Shown one piece after another: positions 49,419 through 60,719 of a stretch of 64,000 nucleotides of DNA (positions are counted from its first letter, which is position 1; each line of letters starts with the position of its first letter). Origin of the DNA: Atribacterota bacterium (GTDB lineage: Bacteria > Atribacterota > Phoenicimicrobiia > Phoenicimicrobiales > Stramentimicrobiaceae); contig JAQVMU010000001.1 of the NCBI GenBank assembly GCA_028703475.1, forward strand, positions 44,436 to 108,435, given 5' to 3'. The translations under genes were made by a program, and so were the position numbers. Below the pieces are notes generated by a model. The model did no database searches. It was not told where the DNA came from and saw only the letters and a list, made by a program, of their open reading frames with translations.

Positions 49419-50186
49419 CTACTCTTCAAGTATTATTGATAATCTGTCTTCATATTTCATATTAATTTCTTTAATAGGGGTATTTTCCTGGATAACATTT
49501 TGGATTGCCCTTTCCAGCAAATACCATTCATCAATCAACTGGTCCCCATCTTTAATTCTAACCTTTATCTGATCTTTTTTATGAAATAACAGATATTCCT
49601 CGTTTGAAATGACCTGAATCTTATAGAATTGTTCAGGAAAAATATTATTTAAAGCATAAATAATTCTTTTAATATAATTGTATTTTTCAATATCTATTTT
49701 TTCCCCGGGAATATTATTTTTAATATCTAAACCTGTTACAATGTACAAACCATGTTCATTGTCAGATTGTCCTGATGCCGATAAAATTACCCCTTCTTCA
49801 CTAATAAGATAAAAAACTTCATTATTATAAAGGAGCACCTCTGGCTTACGTTCTATAATTTTTACACTTAATCTGTTCGGGGGTCTTTTTTTGATATATA
49901 CATCTGCAATCCATGGGTTTTTCAGAATGTCCAAACCTGATGCCTCAACATCAAAGAGAAACAGATTAATATGTTTATCTAATCTTCCTTGCTTGATGAT
50001 AGTTTCGTTACTGGTATAGTAATTACCTTCAATATTAATCTCTTTTATGTCAAACCAGAAAAATGTAAAGATAAAACTAAAAAAACTCCAACCGACAAAT
50101 CCAATTATGATATAGTAAAAAATTATTTTGAAAATATTGAATCTTTTATTATCTTCAACTTCTTCTGGAAGAATTTCTTCATACAC
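49419..50186 (-). CDS. ftsQ: Cell-division protein FtsQ/DivIB (TM anchor plus POTRA)
   Basis: Single N-terminal TM segment, about 250 aa, position between murB and ftsA. Confidence 0.7.
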   Translation of the reverse strand: MYEEILPEEVEDNKRFNIFKIIFYYIIIGFVGWSFFSFIFTFFWFDIKEINIEGNYYTSNETIIKQGRLDKHINLFLFDVEASGLDILKNPWIADVYIKKRPPNRLSVKIIERKPEVLLYNNEVFYLISEEGVILSASGQSDNEHGLYIVTGLDIKNNIPGEKIDIEKYNYIKRIIYALNNIFPEQFYKIQVISNEEYLLFHKKDQIKVRIKDGDQLIDEWYLLERAIQNVIQENTPIKEINMKYEDRLSIILEE

Positions 50187-50235
50187 TTCTGAGTCCTGAT
50201 ATTTGATAAAGCTAATTCCTCTTGTCTATGATTTA

Positions 50236-51159
50236 TTAGTTATAATTAAGCCCAATTATATCTATTTCTATCTCTAATGCTATCCCAAAAGACTTTTCAA
50301 CTCTGTCAGACACTTCCTCAATTAATAAAAGGATATCTCTGGCAGTTGCATTTCCCCTGTTAATTATAAAATTAGCATGTTTCTCAGATACTTGAGCATC
50401 CCCTATCGTTAAACCTTTTGCTCCGGCCTTCTCTATCAGATAACCGGCTGATTCTTTTTCAGTATTTTTAAATACACAGCCGGCACTTAAATATTCAAGA
50501 GGTTGACTGCTTTTTCTTTTTTTATAATATTTTTTTATTCTCTCATTTATTAATACTTTTTCATCCTCTATCATCTCTAAAACGGCACCGGTAATCACAA
50601 ACTTCTCAATTCCTATATCTATACCACGATAGGAAAAATTGAGCTTTCTCCGGCCTAAATCTATTAAATTTCCCTTATAATCCAATACTGTTATCTGTTT
50701 AACAATATCCGCCATAGATTTGTTGTTAAAACCAGCATTGTTAATTATAGCTCCACCTAAAGTACCAGGTATGTGTGCGGCAAATTCCATTCCACTTAAT
50801 TCTTTATCCGTCATTTTTTTTACTAAATCAGGTAACAGAATCCCGGAACCTGCTTTTATCATTTTACCAGAATATTCTATTTTGTCGATAGCTCCTGATA
50901 CCTTTACCACCAATCCCCTGATTCCCTCATCTGGAACCCATAAGTTAGTGCCATTGCCAATAACATAAATAGGTATCTCATGATTTTCAGCAAATAATAA
51001 AACTTTTTTTAAAGAAATCACATCCGGGGGTATACAAAAAAAATCAGCAATCCCACCAATTCTCCATGAAGTATGCTTTTTCATTAATTCATCAGGTTTT
51101 ATCTCTTTTGTTAATCCACACTTTTTGATTTCTTTTAAAATTAATCTCTTATTGAACAT
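50236..51159 (-). CDS. murB: UDP-N-acetylenolpyruvoylglucosamine reductase
   Basis: FAD-binding domain (IGGIADFF...GNGTNLW) and MurB C-terminal domain. Confidence 0.88.
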   Translation of the reverse strand: MFNKRLILKEIKKCGLTKEIKPDELMKKHTSWRIGGIADFFCIPPDVISLKKVLLFAENHEIPIYVIGNGTNLWVPDEGIRGLVVKVSGAIDKIEYSGKMIKAGSGILLPDLVKKMTDKELSGMEFAAHIPGTLGGAIINNAGFNNKSMADIVKQITVLDYKGNLIDLGRRKLNFSYRGIDIGIEKFVITGAVLEMIEDEKVLINERIKKYYKKRKSSQPLEYLSAGCVFKNTEKESAGYLIEKAGAKGLTIGDAQVSEKHANFIINRGNATARDILLLIEEVSDRVEKSFGIALEIEIDIIGLNYN

Positions 51160-51162
51160 TGC

Positions 51163-52578
51163 TTAATTGGTTATGCCAACTTTTGGCTCATTCCGCTTGG
51201 TTTTTTTTGCAAATTCTTTCCCAATTTTCCAAACATCACCAGCTCCCAAAGTCATTACAATATCTCCGTCTGCTACTATATCTTCCAAAAAAGAAATAGC
51301 CTTTTCTTTTTCGGGACGATAAAAAACTTTTTCTTTTTTATAATCTTTTATTTTCTGGTAGACTAATTCAGCTGAAATTCCGGGTAATGGCTTTTCATTT
51401 GCGGAATAAATATCATTAACAACAACAATATCAGCATTATAAAAAGCATTTCCAAATTCTTCCAGTAAAAATTTTGTACGGCTATAGCGATGTGGTTGAA
51501 ATACTGCAATAATCCTTCGATTTGGCCATCCCTTTCTGATTGCCTCTAAAGTTGCCTTTATTTCAGAAGGATGATGGGCATAATCATCAATAATCATAAG
51601 TTTACCTTCATAATCAGCAATTATCTCCTGTCTACGTTTTACTCCTCTGAAATGAAAGAGAATCTCTTTAATATTATTAAACTTAATATCCAGCTTGATT
51701 CCAGTAGCAATTGCAGCCATGGCATTGGAAATATTATGGTATCCGGGGATGTTTAATTTAAGGGACCCTAATTTTTCCTTTTTATAATATATCTCTGATG
51801 TAGAAGTGTTTTTATCTAATATACAATTCATTGCCCTTATTTGAGAATCACTATGAAAACCGTAAGATATAATTTGTTGGGAGGAAAGATGCTTTTTGAC
51901 AATCTGTCTTGCATTTGGACAGTCATTGCCATAGATTACACATCCGTTTTCAGGAACTTTATTAATGAACCTTTCAAAACTTTCTATAGTCTTTCCTATA
52001 CTATTATAATAGTCCAGGTGGTCATTTTCAATATTTGTTACAATCGCTATATTCGGGTTGAGCAATAAAAAAGAGCCATCACTTTCATCTGCTTCCACAA
52101 CAACGTAATCTCCCTTACCTAATTTTGCATTACCGCCAATATCGTTTACTTCTCCTCCTATAGCAATAGTCGGGTCCAGATTCATTTTCTCCAGGATAAG
52201 GCTTATCATCGAAGTGGTTGTGGTTTTTCCATGCGTTCCTGCAACGGCAATCCTGTGATTCTGATGCATAATTCTGGAAAGCATTTCTGCTCTGGGGATA
52301 ATCTCTATTTTTTTCTTTTTAGCTTCAATAACTTCCTGGTTTTCTTCATTAATAGCTGAAGATATTACAACTAAATTTGCTCCTGAAATATGACTTCCGT
52401 CATGTCCTTTATAAATCATAGCACCCTTGCTGGTTAATCTCTTAGTGACAATAGTACTCTGTAAATCTGAGCCACTTATACTATAGCCTAAATCCAATAA
52501 GATTGAAGCAATTCCACTCATTCCGGTTCCACCTATTCCAATAAAATGGATATGCTTTCCTTCAATATTCATAAACAC
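51163..52578 (-). CDS. murC: UDP-N-acetylmuramate-L-alanine ligase
   Basis: N-terminal GIGGTGMSGIA. Mur ligase central P-loop AGTHGKTTTTSM. Confidence 0.9.
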   Translation of the reverse strand: MFMNIEGKHIHFIGIGGTGMSGIASILLDLGYSISGSDLQSTIVTKRLTSKGAMIYKGHDGSHISGANLVVISSAINEENQEVIEAKKKKIEIIPRAEMLSRIMHQNHRIAVAGTHGKTTTTSMISLILEKMNLDPTIAIGGEVNDIGGNAKLGKGDYVVVEADESDGSFLLLNPNIAIVTNIENDHLDYYNSIGKTIESFERFINKVPENGCVIYGNDCPNARQIVKKHLSSQQIISYGFHSDSQIRAMNCILDKNTSTSEIYYKKEKLGSLKLNIPGYHNISNAMAAIATGIKLDIKFNNIKEILFHFRGVKRRQEIIADYEGKLMIIDDYAHHPSEIKATLEAIRKGWPNRRIIAVFQPHRYSRTKFLLEEFGNAFYNADIVVVNDIYSANEKPLPGISAELVYQKIKDYKKEKVFYRPEKEKAISFLEDIVADGDIVMTLGAGDVWKIGKEFAKKTKRNEPKVGITN

Positions 52579-52667
52579 ACCTTTCTGTTTTGCTCATAAA
52601 GAAACTACTAATTCTCATAATAGTTTACCTTATTTTATTTATTATTAAAAGAAATTTTTTTTAAGGA

Positions 52668-53780
52668 CTAAACCTCTTTTTTTATATTGTTATAAATTAA
52701 ATCAATAATCTCTTTTGCAGTATTTCTATTGCCTGCTTTTCTACTGTTTTCAGCCATTTCACTTAATACTTCATTATCAAGCAAAAACTTACTTATTTCT
52801 TCTGCAAGTCTTTTTTCTGATAATTCCTGTTGTGCTATCACTACAGCAGCCTGCTTGTTTTTCAGGTACATGGCATTATACATCTGATGATTGCCAGTGG
52901 CATATGGATATGGTATTAAAATAGATGGGAGTCCTACAGCAGTCAGCTCTGCGATAGTTGTAGCACCTGATCTGCATATTACTAAATCAGCCAAATCATA
53001 AGCATCTTCCATATTATACATGTAGGGCGTAATATAAATACTGGCTTTGTGTTTAGAAAATTTTATTTTATCCAGCATGTTCGAATAATCCTCTCTCCCA
53101 CTAATTAACAATACTTGCCATTTATTAAAAGAAAGGTCATCAATTAAGTCTATACAATTTAAAAATACCTGGCTGATAGCATTTGCACCTTTACTCCCTC
53201 CAAAAACAAGAATTGTTTTTTTGTTATAACTCATTTTTTCTTTGCTGATTATATTCTTCCTGTCACCGTTCCAGATACTCTTTCTCACCGGGTTTCCTGT
53301 ATATACTACCTTTTTCTTCTTCCAGAAATACTGCTCAGATTCCGGAAAACTGGTAAATACTATCCTGCTGAATATAGATAACGCCTTATTGGTTATCCCG
53401 GGTAAAGCATTTTGTTCATGAATAAATACAGGCACTCCTGATAAAGCCGACATCAAGGAAACCGAACCGCTGACATATCCGCCTGTACCTATAACCAGGT
53501 CAGGTTTTATTTTTTTGATTAATTTAAAAGAATTAAACAATGAACCTAAAAACAGGAATATTGCATAAATATTATCCAAACATATTTCCCTCTTTATGCC
53601 CTTTACTTTTAAAGATGCAAATTCATATCCCTCTCTGGGAACTATATCTGCTTCCATACCGGTGCTTGTACCTACAAAGATTATTTCATTCTTCTTATCC
53701 CTGTTTTGAAACTCTTTAGCTAAACTGATGCCCGGGTAAATATGCCCTCCTGTACCGCCTCCGGTAATGATAATTTTCAT
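52668..53780 (-). CDS. murG: UDP-N-acetylglucosamine-N-acetylmuramyl-(pentapeptide) pyrophosphoryl-undecaprenol N-acetylglucosamine transferase
   Basis: N-terminal GGGTGGHIYPGISLA, GT-B fold, position in the dcw cluster. Confidence 0.9.
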   Translation of the reverse strand: MKIIITGGGTGGHIYPGISLAKEFQNRDKKNEIIFVGTSTGMEADIVPREGYEFASLKVKGIKREICLDNIYAIFLFLGSLFNSFKLIKKIKPDLVIGTGGYVSGSVSLMSALSGVPVFIHEQNALPGITNKALSIFSRIVFTSFPESEQYFWKKKKVVYTGNPVRKSIWNGDRKNIISKEKMSYNKKTILVFGGSKGANAISQVFLNCIDLIDDLSFNKWQVLLISGREDYSNMLDKIKFSKHKASIYITPYMYNMEDAYDLADLVICRSGATTIAELTAVGLPSILIPYPYATGNHQMYNAMYLKNKQAAVVIAQQELSEKRLAEEISKFLLDNEVLSEMAENSRKAGNRNTAKEIIDLIYNNIKKEV

Positions 53781-54904
53781 TTGTTACGATACTCCAATCT
53801 CTCTGAAGTATTTTTGGAAATATTTAAAAGGATGCCACAACAAAACATATTCACAATCAAAGAAGAACCCCCATAACTTATAAAAGGTAAAGTTATGCCG
53901 GTTGTTGGTATTAATTTTGTTACAACACTAATATTTATTATAGCTTGAAAAGTTATCAGTGAAGTAATTCCAGCTGCTAATAGTAAGCCATAATTATCCT
54001 TTGCCCTTAAGGAAATCAAGAAGCCTCGCCACAAAAATAGGAGAAATAATACTATTACTGAAAATGCTCCTATAAAGCCAAGTTCCTCACCGATAATTGA
54101 AAATATAAAATCTGTGTGCTGGTCCGGAAGATAAAAAAACTTTTGTCTGCTCTCAGCTATTCCTACACCGGTTAAACCCCCGCTTCCAAGGGCAAGTAGT
54201 GACTGGATAATATGAAATCCACTATTCAATGGGTCCTCCCATGGATTTAAAAAAGAAAGCAGTCTAACCCTCCGATAATCTTTTCCCAGAGCTAATAGCA
54301 AACCCGGGGGCATCAAAAACACAATTAATGCAAACAATTGTGTTATCTGGCTGCCACCAATGAATAGCATAATAAATGAACAGCCCATTATAACAATACC
54401 TGTACTGAAATCAGGCTGACTGAAAACCAGGAAAAAGATAAATACTGTAACAATAAATACAGGTAATACTCCCCAGATAAAGCTACTTATATCTTTTTCT
54501 TTTTTCCGGGTCAGGCAATCAGCAATATAAAGTATAATCGCAACTTTTGCCAGTTCTGATGGTTGAAATGGAATAGGTCCAAGATTAATCCACCTTCTGG
54601 CACCTCTTACACTCCTTGCAACCCCCGGAAAATATAGCATAGCTAATAAAAATATAGACAGTATCAAGATAGGAATAGCAAATTTTTGCCAGATATGATA
54701 ATCTAAATGCATCGCCACAAATAGAACAGCTATTCCAATTAAAGCAGAAAATGCCTGTTGGGTAAAAAAATGAAAACTATCATCATACCATTTATATGCC
54801 ATAACATAACTGGAGCTAAACACCATGATTATCCCTATGGTTAACAAAATGAATATAGTAGCTATTAAAATGTAATCAGGTTGTTTTGTTTGTGATATAT
54901 TCAT
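53777..54904 (-). CDS. ftsW: SEDS-family peptidoglycan glycosyltransferase FtsW
   Basis: Ten-TM SEDS protein between mraY and murG. Confidence 0.8.
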   Translation of the reverse strand: MNISQTKQPDYILIATIFILLTIGIIMVFSSSYVMAYKWYDDSFHFFTQQAFSALIGIAVLFVAMHLDYHIWQKFAIPILILSIFLLAMLYFPGVARSVRGARRWINLGPIPFQPSELAKVAIILYIADCLTRKKEKDISSFIWGVLPVFIVTVFIFFLVFSQPDFSTGIVIMGCSFIMLFIGGSQITQLFALIVFLMPPGLLLALGKDYRRVRLLSFLNPWEDPLNSGFHIIQSLLALGSGGLTGVGIAESRQKFFYLPDQHTDFIFSIIGEELGFIGAFSVIVLFLLFLWRGFLISLRAKDNYGLLLAAGITSLITFQAIINISVVTKLIPTTGITLPFISYGGSSLIVNMFCCGILLNISKNTSERLEYRNK

Positions 54905-54944
54905 TTTTATTAACTATCTCCCATTTATTATTATCTTTTAAAAA

Positions 54945-55955
54945 TCAATTAAACGAATAGGCAATCAATCCTATTAAAGAAAACATTATTCCTGCTACCC
55001 AAAATAATAAAATAATATGCACTTCTTTCCATTGTAACATTTCAAAATGATGATGCAGCGGACTCATCTTAAAGACAGGTTTTTTCTTTATTTTAATAGA
55101 ACATACCTGGATAATAACAGACAGTGTTTCTATTACGAAAACACCTCCAATAAGTAATAAAAAAAGTTCAGTTCTGGTAATAACAGCAATGGCTGCTAAT
55201 ACACCTCCTAAACCAAGAGATCCTACATCACCTAAAAATATTTTTGCAGGATGAAAATTGTAAAACATAAAACCAAAACAGGAAAATATGACTATTAAAG
55301 AAAGTGTCCCCAGATCCTTCTGCCCCTGGAAAAACGCAATAATAGTATATGAAATGAGGGCAATAATCATTAGCCCTGTAGCAAGTCCATCTAAACCATC
55401 AGTGAGGTTCACTGCATTGGTAGAAGATATAAACACCAGTATAACAAATGGTATAAAAAGTATCAGTGGAAGATACAGGGAATCCTGAGAAAAAGGCAAC
55501 ATCACTGTTTGTGTAACTGATTCATTCTGAAAATACCATATAAAAAAAAAGAAACAGATTAACAGCTGCATAGCAATCTTACTTCTTGCTTTTAAACCTA
55601 ATGATCTCCCTTTATAATATTTTATAAAATCATCCAGGAAACCGACAAAACCAAAACCACAGAACAGCAAGAACACTACATATACAGTTTTATCCTCCGG
55701 TTGAAAAATAAGCAAAGAAATAAGAACTGAAAATAGAATAACTATGCCTCCCATAGTTGGAGTTCCGGCTTTATGCTGGTGCAAATCCGGACCTTCCTGC
55801 CTGATTCTTTGGCCAATTTTGTATTTTTTCTGGATTTTTATAAAAATCGGTATTACCAGTATTGGAACAGATAAGGCAATCAGAAGGGAAATTATAATTT
55901 TAAACATTTTTATAATTCTACTCCTTCCTTTCTGTTTCTTCCCAATGCCGGGCAA
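54945..55955 (-). CDS. mraY: Phospho-N-acetylmuramoyl-pentapeptide transferase
   Basis: Polytopic membrane protein with MraY motifs (NAVNLTDGLDGLA). The true start is probably the internal Met (MFKIIISLL), which removes the apparent overlap with murF. Confidence 0.88.
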   Translation of the reverse strand: MPGIGKKQKGRSRIIKMFKIIISLLIALSVPILVIPIFIKIQKKYKIGQRIRQEGPDLHQHKAGTPTMGGIVILFSVLISLLIFQPEDKTVYVVFLLFCGFGFVGFLDDFIKYYKGRSLGLKARSKIAMQLLICFFFFIWYFQNESVTQTVMLPFSQDSLYLPLILFIPFVILVFISSTNAVNLTDGLDGLATGLMIIALISYTIIAFFQGQKDLGTLSLIVIFSCFGFMFYNFHPAKIFLGDVGSLGLGGVLAAIAVITRTELFLLLIGGVFVIETLSVIIQVCSIKIKKKPVFKMSPLHHHFEMLQWKEVHIILLFWVAGIMFSLIGLIAYSFN

Positions 55956-57336
55956 TATCTTCCATCTGCATATTTCTAGAGCCCTTTAGTAATACAATTC
56001 CGTTATCAGGGATATTCTTTCTTAATATGTCTGTTATTTTTTCTTTATCCTCTACATTAAAACAATAAATTTTATCTTTGGACATTCCCTGTTCCAGTGC
56101 ACCCTGTATTATCCAATTTCCATAATCTCCAAAGGCAACTAATAAATCGTAGGAAAGTATTTCGGCTATTTTCCCGATTTCCCTATGATAATTTTCAGTT
56201 TTCTCGCCTAATTCAAGCATATCTCCTAATACAGCAGCTTTGAATCTCCCCCCTGCCATACTGGCAACGCTATTTAGCACTTCCCTTACTGCTGTAGGAT
56301 TGGAGTTATAATAATCCTGAACAAAAATTATTCCCCGATTAAAGTAATGGCAATTCATTCGCATATCCGGACTCTTAAAATTTGAGATATAATATATCAT
56401 TTCTTCTATAGGAATATGCATCTTTATTCCTGCCGCAAAAGCAGATAATGCATTATATACATTAAATTTGCCTAATAATGGCAGAAAAACATAGTATTTT
56501 TTTCCTTGAAATGAAAAATCAAAATGAAGGCCTTCTTTTTTGTCCTGCCGCAGGTTTTCTGCTTTCAGGTGTGATTCTGGATGAAATCCGATACTTATAA
56601 AATCATTATGATGTATCAAACATTCTCTAAAATAATCATAATATTCATCATCATGATTCAATATTGCAGTTCCTTTATCTTTTAATGATAATATCAATTC
56701 AGATTTTTCCCTGGCAATATTATCTCTGCTTCCAAACAAACCAATATGGGCTTCGCCAACATTGGTTATCACCGACAAATCAGGTTTAACAATATTGGTC
56801 AATTCTTTTAATTCTCCCAATTTTCGGGCAGCCATTTCCAATACCAGGACATCATGATTCGATTCCAGTTTAAAAATAGTTAAAGGAACACCAATTTCAT
56901 TATTATAGTTTCCCCTTGAATGTAAAACATTATACTGAGATTTTAGTAAGTGCACTATCATTTCCTTGGTAGTGGTCTTTCCATTACTTCCTGTAATACA
57001 GATATTGAATGGTTTAAATAATGAATGATAATGGTGTGCCCATAATTGTAGAGCCAATAATGTGTTATCGACCATAAGTACAGGGTGAGAAAAACTTTTT
57101 TTTATAGTATCGCTACTCTGGTAAAAGCTTTTTTCCAGGACTACTGCAACCGCACCTTTGTTAATAGCATCCAGGGCAAATTTGTGACCATCATACCTTT
57201 CACCTCTGATAGCAAAAAAGATATCACCAGACTTTATTGTCCTGCTGTCAATGGAAATGTCCTGCCATTTAACATCAGGATTTCCCAGGAGCATTGCTCC
57301 CGGTATTACCCCTACCAAATCCCTTAATAAGAACAT
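55918..57336 (-). CDS. murF: UDP-N-acetylmuramoyl-tripeptide-D-alanyl-D-alanine ligase
   Basis: MurF-type N-terminus (DSRTIKSGDIFFAIRGERYDGHKFALDAINKGAVAV). Mur ligase P-loop TGSNGKTTTKEM. Position between murE and mraY. Confidence 0.85.
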   Translation of the reverse strand: MFLLRDLVGVIPGAMLLGNPDVKWQDISIDSRTIKSGDIFFAIRGERYDGHKFALDAINKGAVAVVLEKSFYQSSDTIKKSFSHPVLMVDNTLLALQLWAHHYHSLFKPFNICITGSNGKTTTKEMIVHLLKSQYNVLHSRGNYNNEIGVPLTIFKLESNHDVLVLEMAARKLGELKELTNIVKPDLSVITNVGEAHIGLFGSRDNIAREKSELILSLKDKGTAILNHDDEYYDYFRECLIHHNDFISIGFHPESHLKAENLRQDKKEGLHFDFSFQGKKYYVFLPLLGKFNVYNALSAFAAGIKMHIPIEEMIYYISNFKSPDMRMNCHYFNRGIIFVQDYYNSNPTAVREVLNSVASMAGGRFKAAVLGDMLELGEKTENYHREIGKIAEILSYDLLVAFGDYGNWIIQGALEQGMSKDKIYCFNVEDKEKITDILRKNIPDNGIVLLKGSRNMQMEDIARHWEETERKE

Positions 57337-57343
57337 TTACCTT

Positions 57344-58837
57344 TTATCCTTTTTCTTTCAATATTTGCCGGACAGCTTCTTCGTCATTATGGTAAACTAC
57401 CCTGTCCTGATATATCTGTTTTTTTTCAGGTCCTTTACCGGCAATTAACACGATGTCATTCTCTTCGGCAATTTCCAGTGCATATTGAATAGCCTGAAAT
57501 CTATCCGGAATGATTCGATAATTACTATTTTTAATATCCTGCAAGCCTTTCTCTATTTCCTTTGATATTTTTTCCAGGCTTTCACTTCGAGGGTTATCAG
57601 CCGTTATAATACTAAAATCACTGTGGGTACCGGCAACTTGCCCCATTTTTCTCCTTACTCTGCTGTCTCTCTCTCCGCCATGACCAAAGATAGTAATAAT
57701 TCTGTTTCTGGGGAAAAGTTCCAATGTTTTCAAAATATGTTCTAATCCATGAAAATTATGTGCAAAATCAATAATAATATTATATGGTTGTCCATAATCT
57801 AATATTTTATATCTTCCAGGTGCTCCGGAAAACTTTTGAAAAGCATTTGTAATTATTTCTAAAGAAATACCCTGGTCAACAGTTGCGGCAACTGCTGCCA
57901 GAGCATTATATATATTATATTTACCACTCATGTTTAAAAGTATTTCCGCATCTCCCTGTGGAGTTTCCAACTTGAACCGGGTTTCTTTTAATCCCATTTT
58001 TATGTTGCTGGCACGAAACATCGCCTCTTTTTCAATGGCATAGGTAATTTTGTTAACCTTTTCTGTATTAATAATATTAATAAATTCTCCGGAATACATT
58101 TCATCTATATTGACAATTCCTGTTTTTCTTTTCTGACCGGTATTATTGTCTGTTAGATTCAATAATTGAAACAGTTTCTTTTTACTATCAAGATAATTTT
58201 GAAAATTTTTGTGCACCTCGAAATGTTCATCACTTATATTAGTAAAGATAGCGGTATCAAAATCACATCCGTCAACTCTTGACAAACTGAGGGAATGGGA
58301 GGAGACTTCCATGACACAAAATTCCGTGTCACCGGAAATCATTTTACAAAATGATTTTTGTAAATCCAATGCTTCCATGGTAGTCATTGTTGATTGTACT
58401 GCTTGTCTGTTAATAATATTTTCAACTGTCGTCAATAAACCGACTTTCCTGTTAGCTTCCTCTAATATTGCCCTTATCATATAAGCAACAGTTGTCTTGC
58501 CATTAGTGCCGGTAATACCAATAAGCCTTAATTTTCGCGAAGGATAACCATAAAAATTATTTGCCAGTATTGCCAATGCTTTACGGGAATCTTTCACCTG
58601 TATAATAGTGATACCTTTGGGCTTAGGAATATCTTTCTGGACTATAACAGCTTTTGATCCACCTTTGATTGCATCTTTAATATAGTTATGCCCATCTGAA
58701 ACAAATCCTTTAATACAGACAAAAAGGTAGTTTTCTTTAATATCTCTGGAATTTTGGGATATTCCCTTGATATCAATATCGGTATCACCTGAAATTTTCA
58801 CAATATTTAATTCTTTAATCAATTCATTTAACTTCAC
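57344..58837 (-). CDS. murE: UDP-N-acetylmuramoyl-L-alanyl-D-glutamate-2,6-diaminopimelate ligase
   Basis: P-loop GITGTNGKTT. DNPR motif (ITADNPRSE) indicating meso-DAP specificity. Confidence 0.88.
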   Translation of the reverse strand: MKLNELIKELNIVKISGDTDIDIKGISQNSRDIKENYLFVCIKGFVSDGHNYIKDAIKGGSKAVIVQKDIPKPKGITIIQVKDSRKALAILANNFYGYPSRKLRLIGITGTNGKTTVAYMIRAILEEANRKVGLLTTVENIINRQAVQSTMTTMEALDLQKSFCKMISGDTEFCVMEVSSHSLSLSRVDGCDFDTAIFTNISDEHFEVHKNFQNYLDSKKKLFQLLNLTDNNTGQKRKTGIVNIDEMYSGEFINIINTEKVNKITYAIEKEAMFRASNIKMGLKETRFKLETPQGDAEILLNMSGKYNIYNALAAVAATVDQGISLEIITNAFQKFSGAPGRYKILDYGQPYNIIIDFAHNFHGLEHILKTLELFPRNRIITIFGHGGERDSRVRRKMGQVAGTHSDFSIITADNPRSESLEKISKEIEKGLQDIKNSNYRIIPDRFQAIQYALEIAEENDIVLIAGKGPEKKQIYQDRVVYHNDEEAVRQILKEKG

Positions 58838-59001
58838 ATCATTATCCTTTTTTTACTATTCAATTAAAAGTTAATATTTTGTATAATATTATTTACATTA
58901 ATGTACCGGATTTAATCGTTATTTTTTGCTATAACACTATTTTAAAATGTACAAGGAATATCTTACTGAATATCCCGTAAAAAGTAAACTGTTTTTTTGC
59001 T

Positions 59002-60684
59002 TTATTCAGGAGGAATTGACAGATAAGGAAGTACTTTTGATGCAATCTCCTGAAATACCGGTGCTGCTACTGTACCACCATAATAACTTCCTTTAGGCTC
59101 ATCTAACATCACTAAAATGGCAATTTCCGCATCATGACTGGGAGCAAAACCAACAAACCAGGAAGTAAATTTTTGATTGGAGTATCTTCCCAAAGAAAAA
59201 TCAAATTTCTGTGATGTTCCTGTTTTGCCACCAGCAGTGTATTCTTCCAGCTTAGCCCTACTTCCTGTTCCATCATCAACAACTTCATATAAAATATTTT
59301 GCATAACCTCTGCTGTATTTGTGGAAATCACCTGTCTTACCTGCTCAGGCTGATATTTTTTAATTATATTATACTCTGAATCAATAATTTCTTTTATAAT
59401 TAATGGTTTCATCAAAACACCATCATTCGCAATAGCAGCTGTTGCCATAATCAGTTGAAGGGGTGTCACCGATATTTCCTGGCCTATCGACAAAGATGCA
59501 ATAGATATTTTTGACCACTGGTCTACCGGTCTAAATAATCCGGGAGTTTCGCCCGGCATAGGGATACCGGTTTCTGCACCAAAACCAAAGCTCCGAATTG
59601 TATCAGCAAAAATGTTTTCATCCATTCTGGACCCAACTTCAATTAATCCCACATTACATGAATTCTTTACAATTGCAGTCAAATCCTGAAAACCGTGAGG
59701 ATCAATATCCCTTATAACTGTGCCATGATAATTAATCCATCCAGTACAATTGAATGTGTCATTCAGGCTGGCATAGTTGTTTTCCAATGCAGTAGCAATA
59801 GTAAATATTTTAAAAGTTGATCCCGGTTCATAATTATCAGTAATACATCGGTTTTTCCAGTAATCTTCCGGTGAGTACTGGTAATTGTTATTATCATAAG
59901 TAGGCTTTACAGCCATACTTAATATCTCTCCCGTTTCCGGCTTTACAACAATTGCAACTGCTGACTTTGGATTATATTGCAGATAAGCCTTTTCCAAGGC
60001 CTCTTCAGTGATATATTGAATAACTTCATCAATAGTTAAAACAATTGATTGACCATCTTTTGAAGGGAGTGTACTTTTTATGCTCAGGGGTATTTTCTGT
60101 CCGGAGGCATCTCTTTCCATAACCACCAATCCGGGCAAACTTTTCAATTCTTCATCAAAATATAACTCAATTCCCTCTAAACCCTGATTATCAATTCCGA
60201 CAAAACCCAGTATATTGGCAGCCAGCTCATCTCTTGGATAAAAACGTTTACTTTCGGTTACAAAATCAATTCCTTCCAGGTCCAGTTCTTCTATCTCTTC
60301 AAAAGTTGTTTGAGGCAATTTTCTCTTAAGCCAAACAAAATACCTTTCTTTCTCTAACTGAGTTATAATATCAGAATATTTCATATCTATTTTTTCTGAT
60401 AGTATTTTTGCTGTTTCTTCAGGATTATCAATTTTGTAGGGTATGGCAAATAAGGATTTTGAGTCAACATTGACGGCTAACCTTTTTAAGTTTCTGTCAA
60501 ATATTGTACCCCTCTGGCCGTCAAACTCATATGATAAAATGTGTTCTTTTTTGGCAAGCTCTGTAAGCTTACTCCCTTCTACAACCTGTATTTGAAATAA
60601 GCGATAAATTAGAATAATAAAAATAACAATAAGGACAACTATTAGAAAATAAATTCTTTTTCTTTTCTCAGCCAATTGGAACAA
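59002..60684 (-). CDS. ftsI: Class B penicillin-binding protein (FtsI / PBP2B-like transpeptidase)
   Basis: N-terminal TM anchor, dimerisation domain, transpeptidase motifs STFK and KTGT, and position between ftsL and murE. Confidence 0.85.
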   Translation of the reverse strand: MFQLAEKRKRIYFLIVVLIVIFIILIYRLFQIQVVEGSKLTELAKKEHILSYEFDGQRGTIFDRNLKRLAVNVDSKSLFAIPYKIDNPEETAKILSEKIDMKYSDIITQLEKERYFVWLKRKLPQTTFEEIEELDLEGIDFVTESKRFYPRDELAANILGFVGIDNQGLEGIELYFDEELKSLPGLVVMERDASGQKIPLSIKSTLPSKDGQSIVLTIDEVIQYITEEALEKAYLQYNPKSAVAIVVKPETGEILSMAVKPTYDNNNYQYSPEDYWKNRCITDNYEPGSTFKIFTIATALENNYASLNDTFNCTGWINYHGTVIRDIDPHGFQDLTAIVKNSCNVGLIEVGSRMDENIFADTIRSFGFGAETGIPMPGETPGLFRPVDQWSKISIASLSIGQEISVTPLQLIMATAAIANDGVLMKPLIIKEIIDSEYNIIKKYQPEQVRQVISTNTAEVMQNILYEVVDDGTGSRAKLEEYTAGGKTGTSQKFDFSLGRYSNQKFTSWFVGFAPSHDAEIAILVMLDEPKGSYYGGTVAAPVFQEIASKVLPYLSIPPE

Positions 60685-60719
60685 AATAGTAAGCCTCGCC
60701 TGTCAAAATCTATTTTTAT

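Noticed and set aside
49247-49429. 60-aa minus-strand ORF in the ftsA-ftsQ intergenic region
   Set aside because: It is an extremely AT-rich I/K/N-rich low-complexity translation in a promoter-like region, with no RBS.
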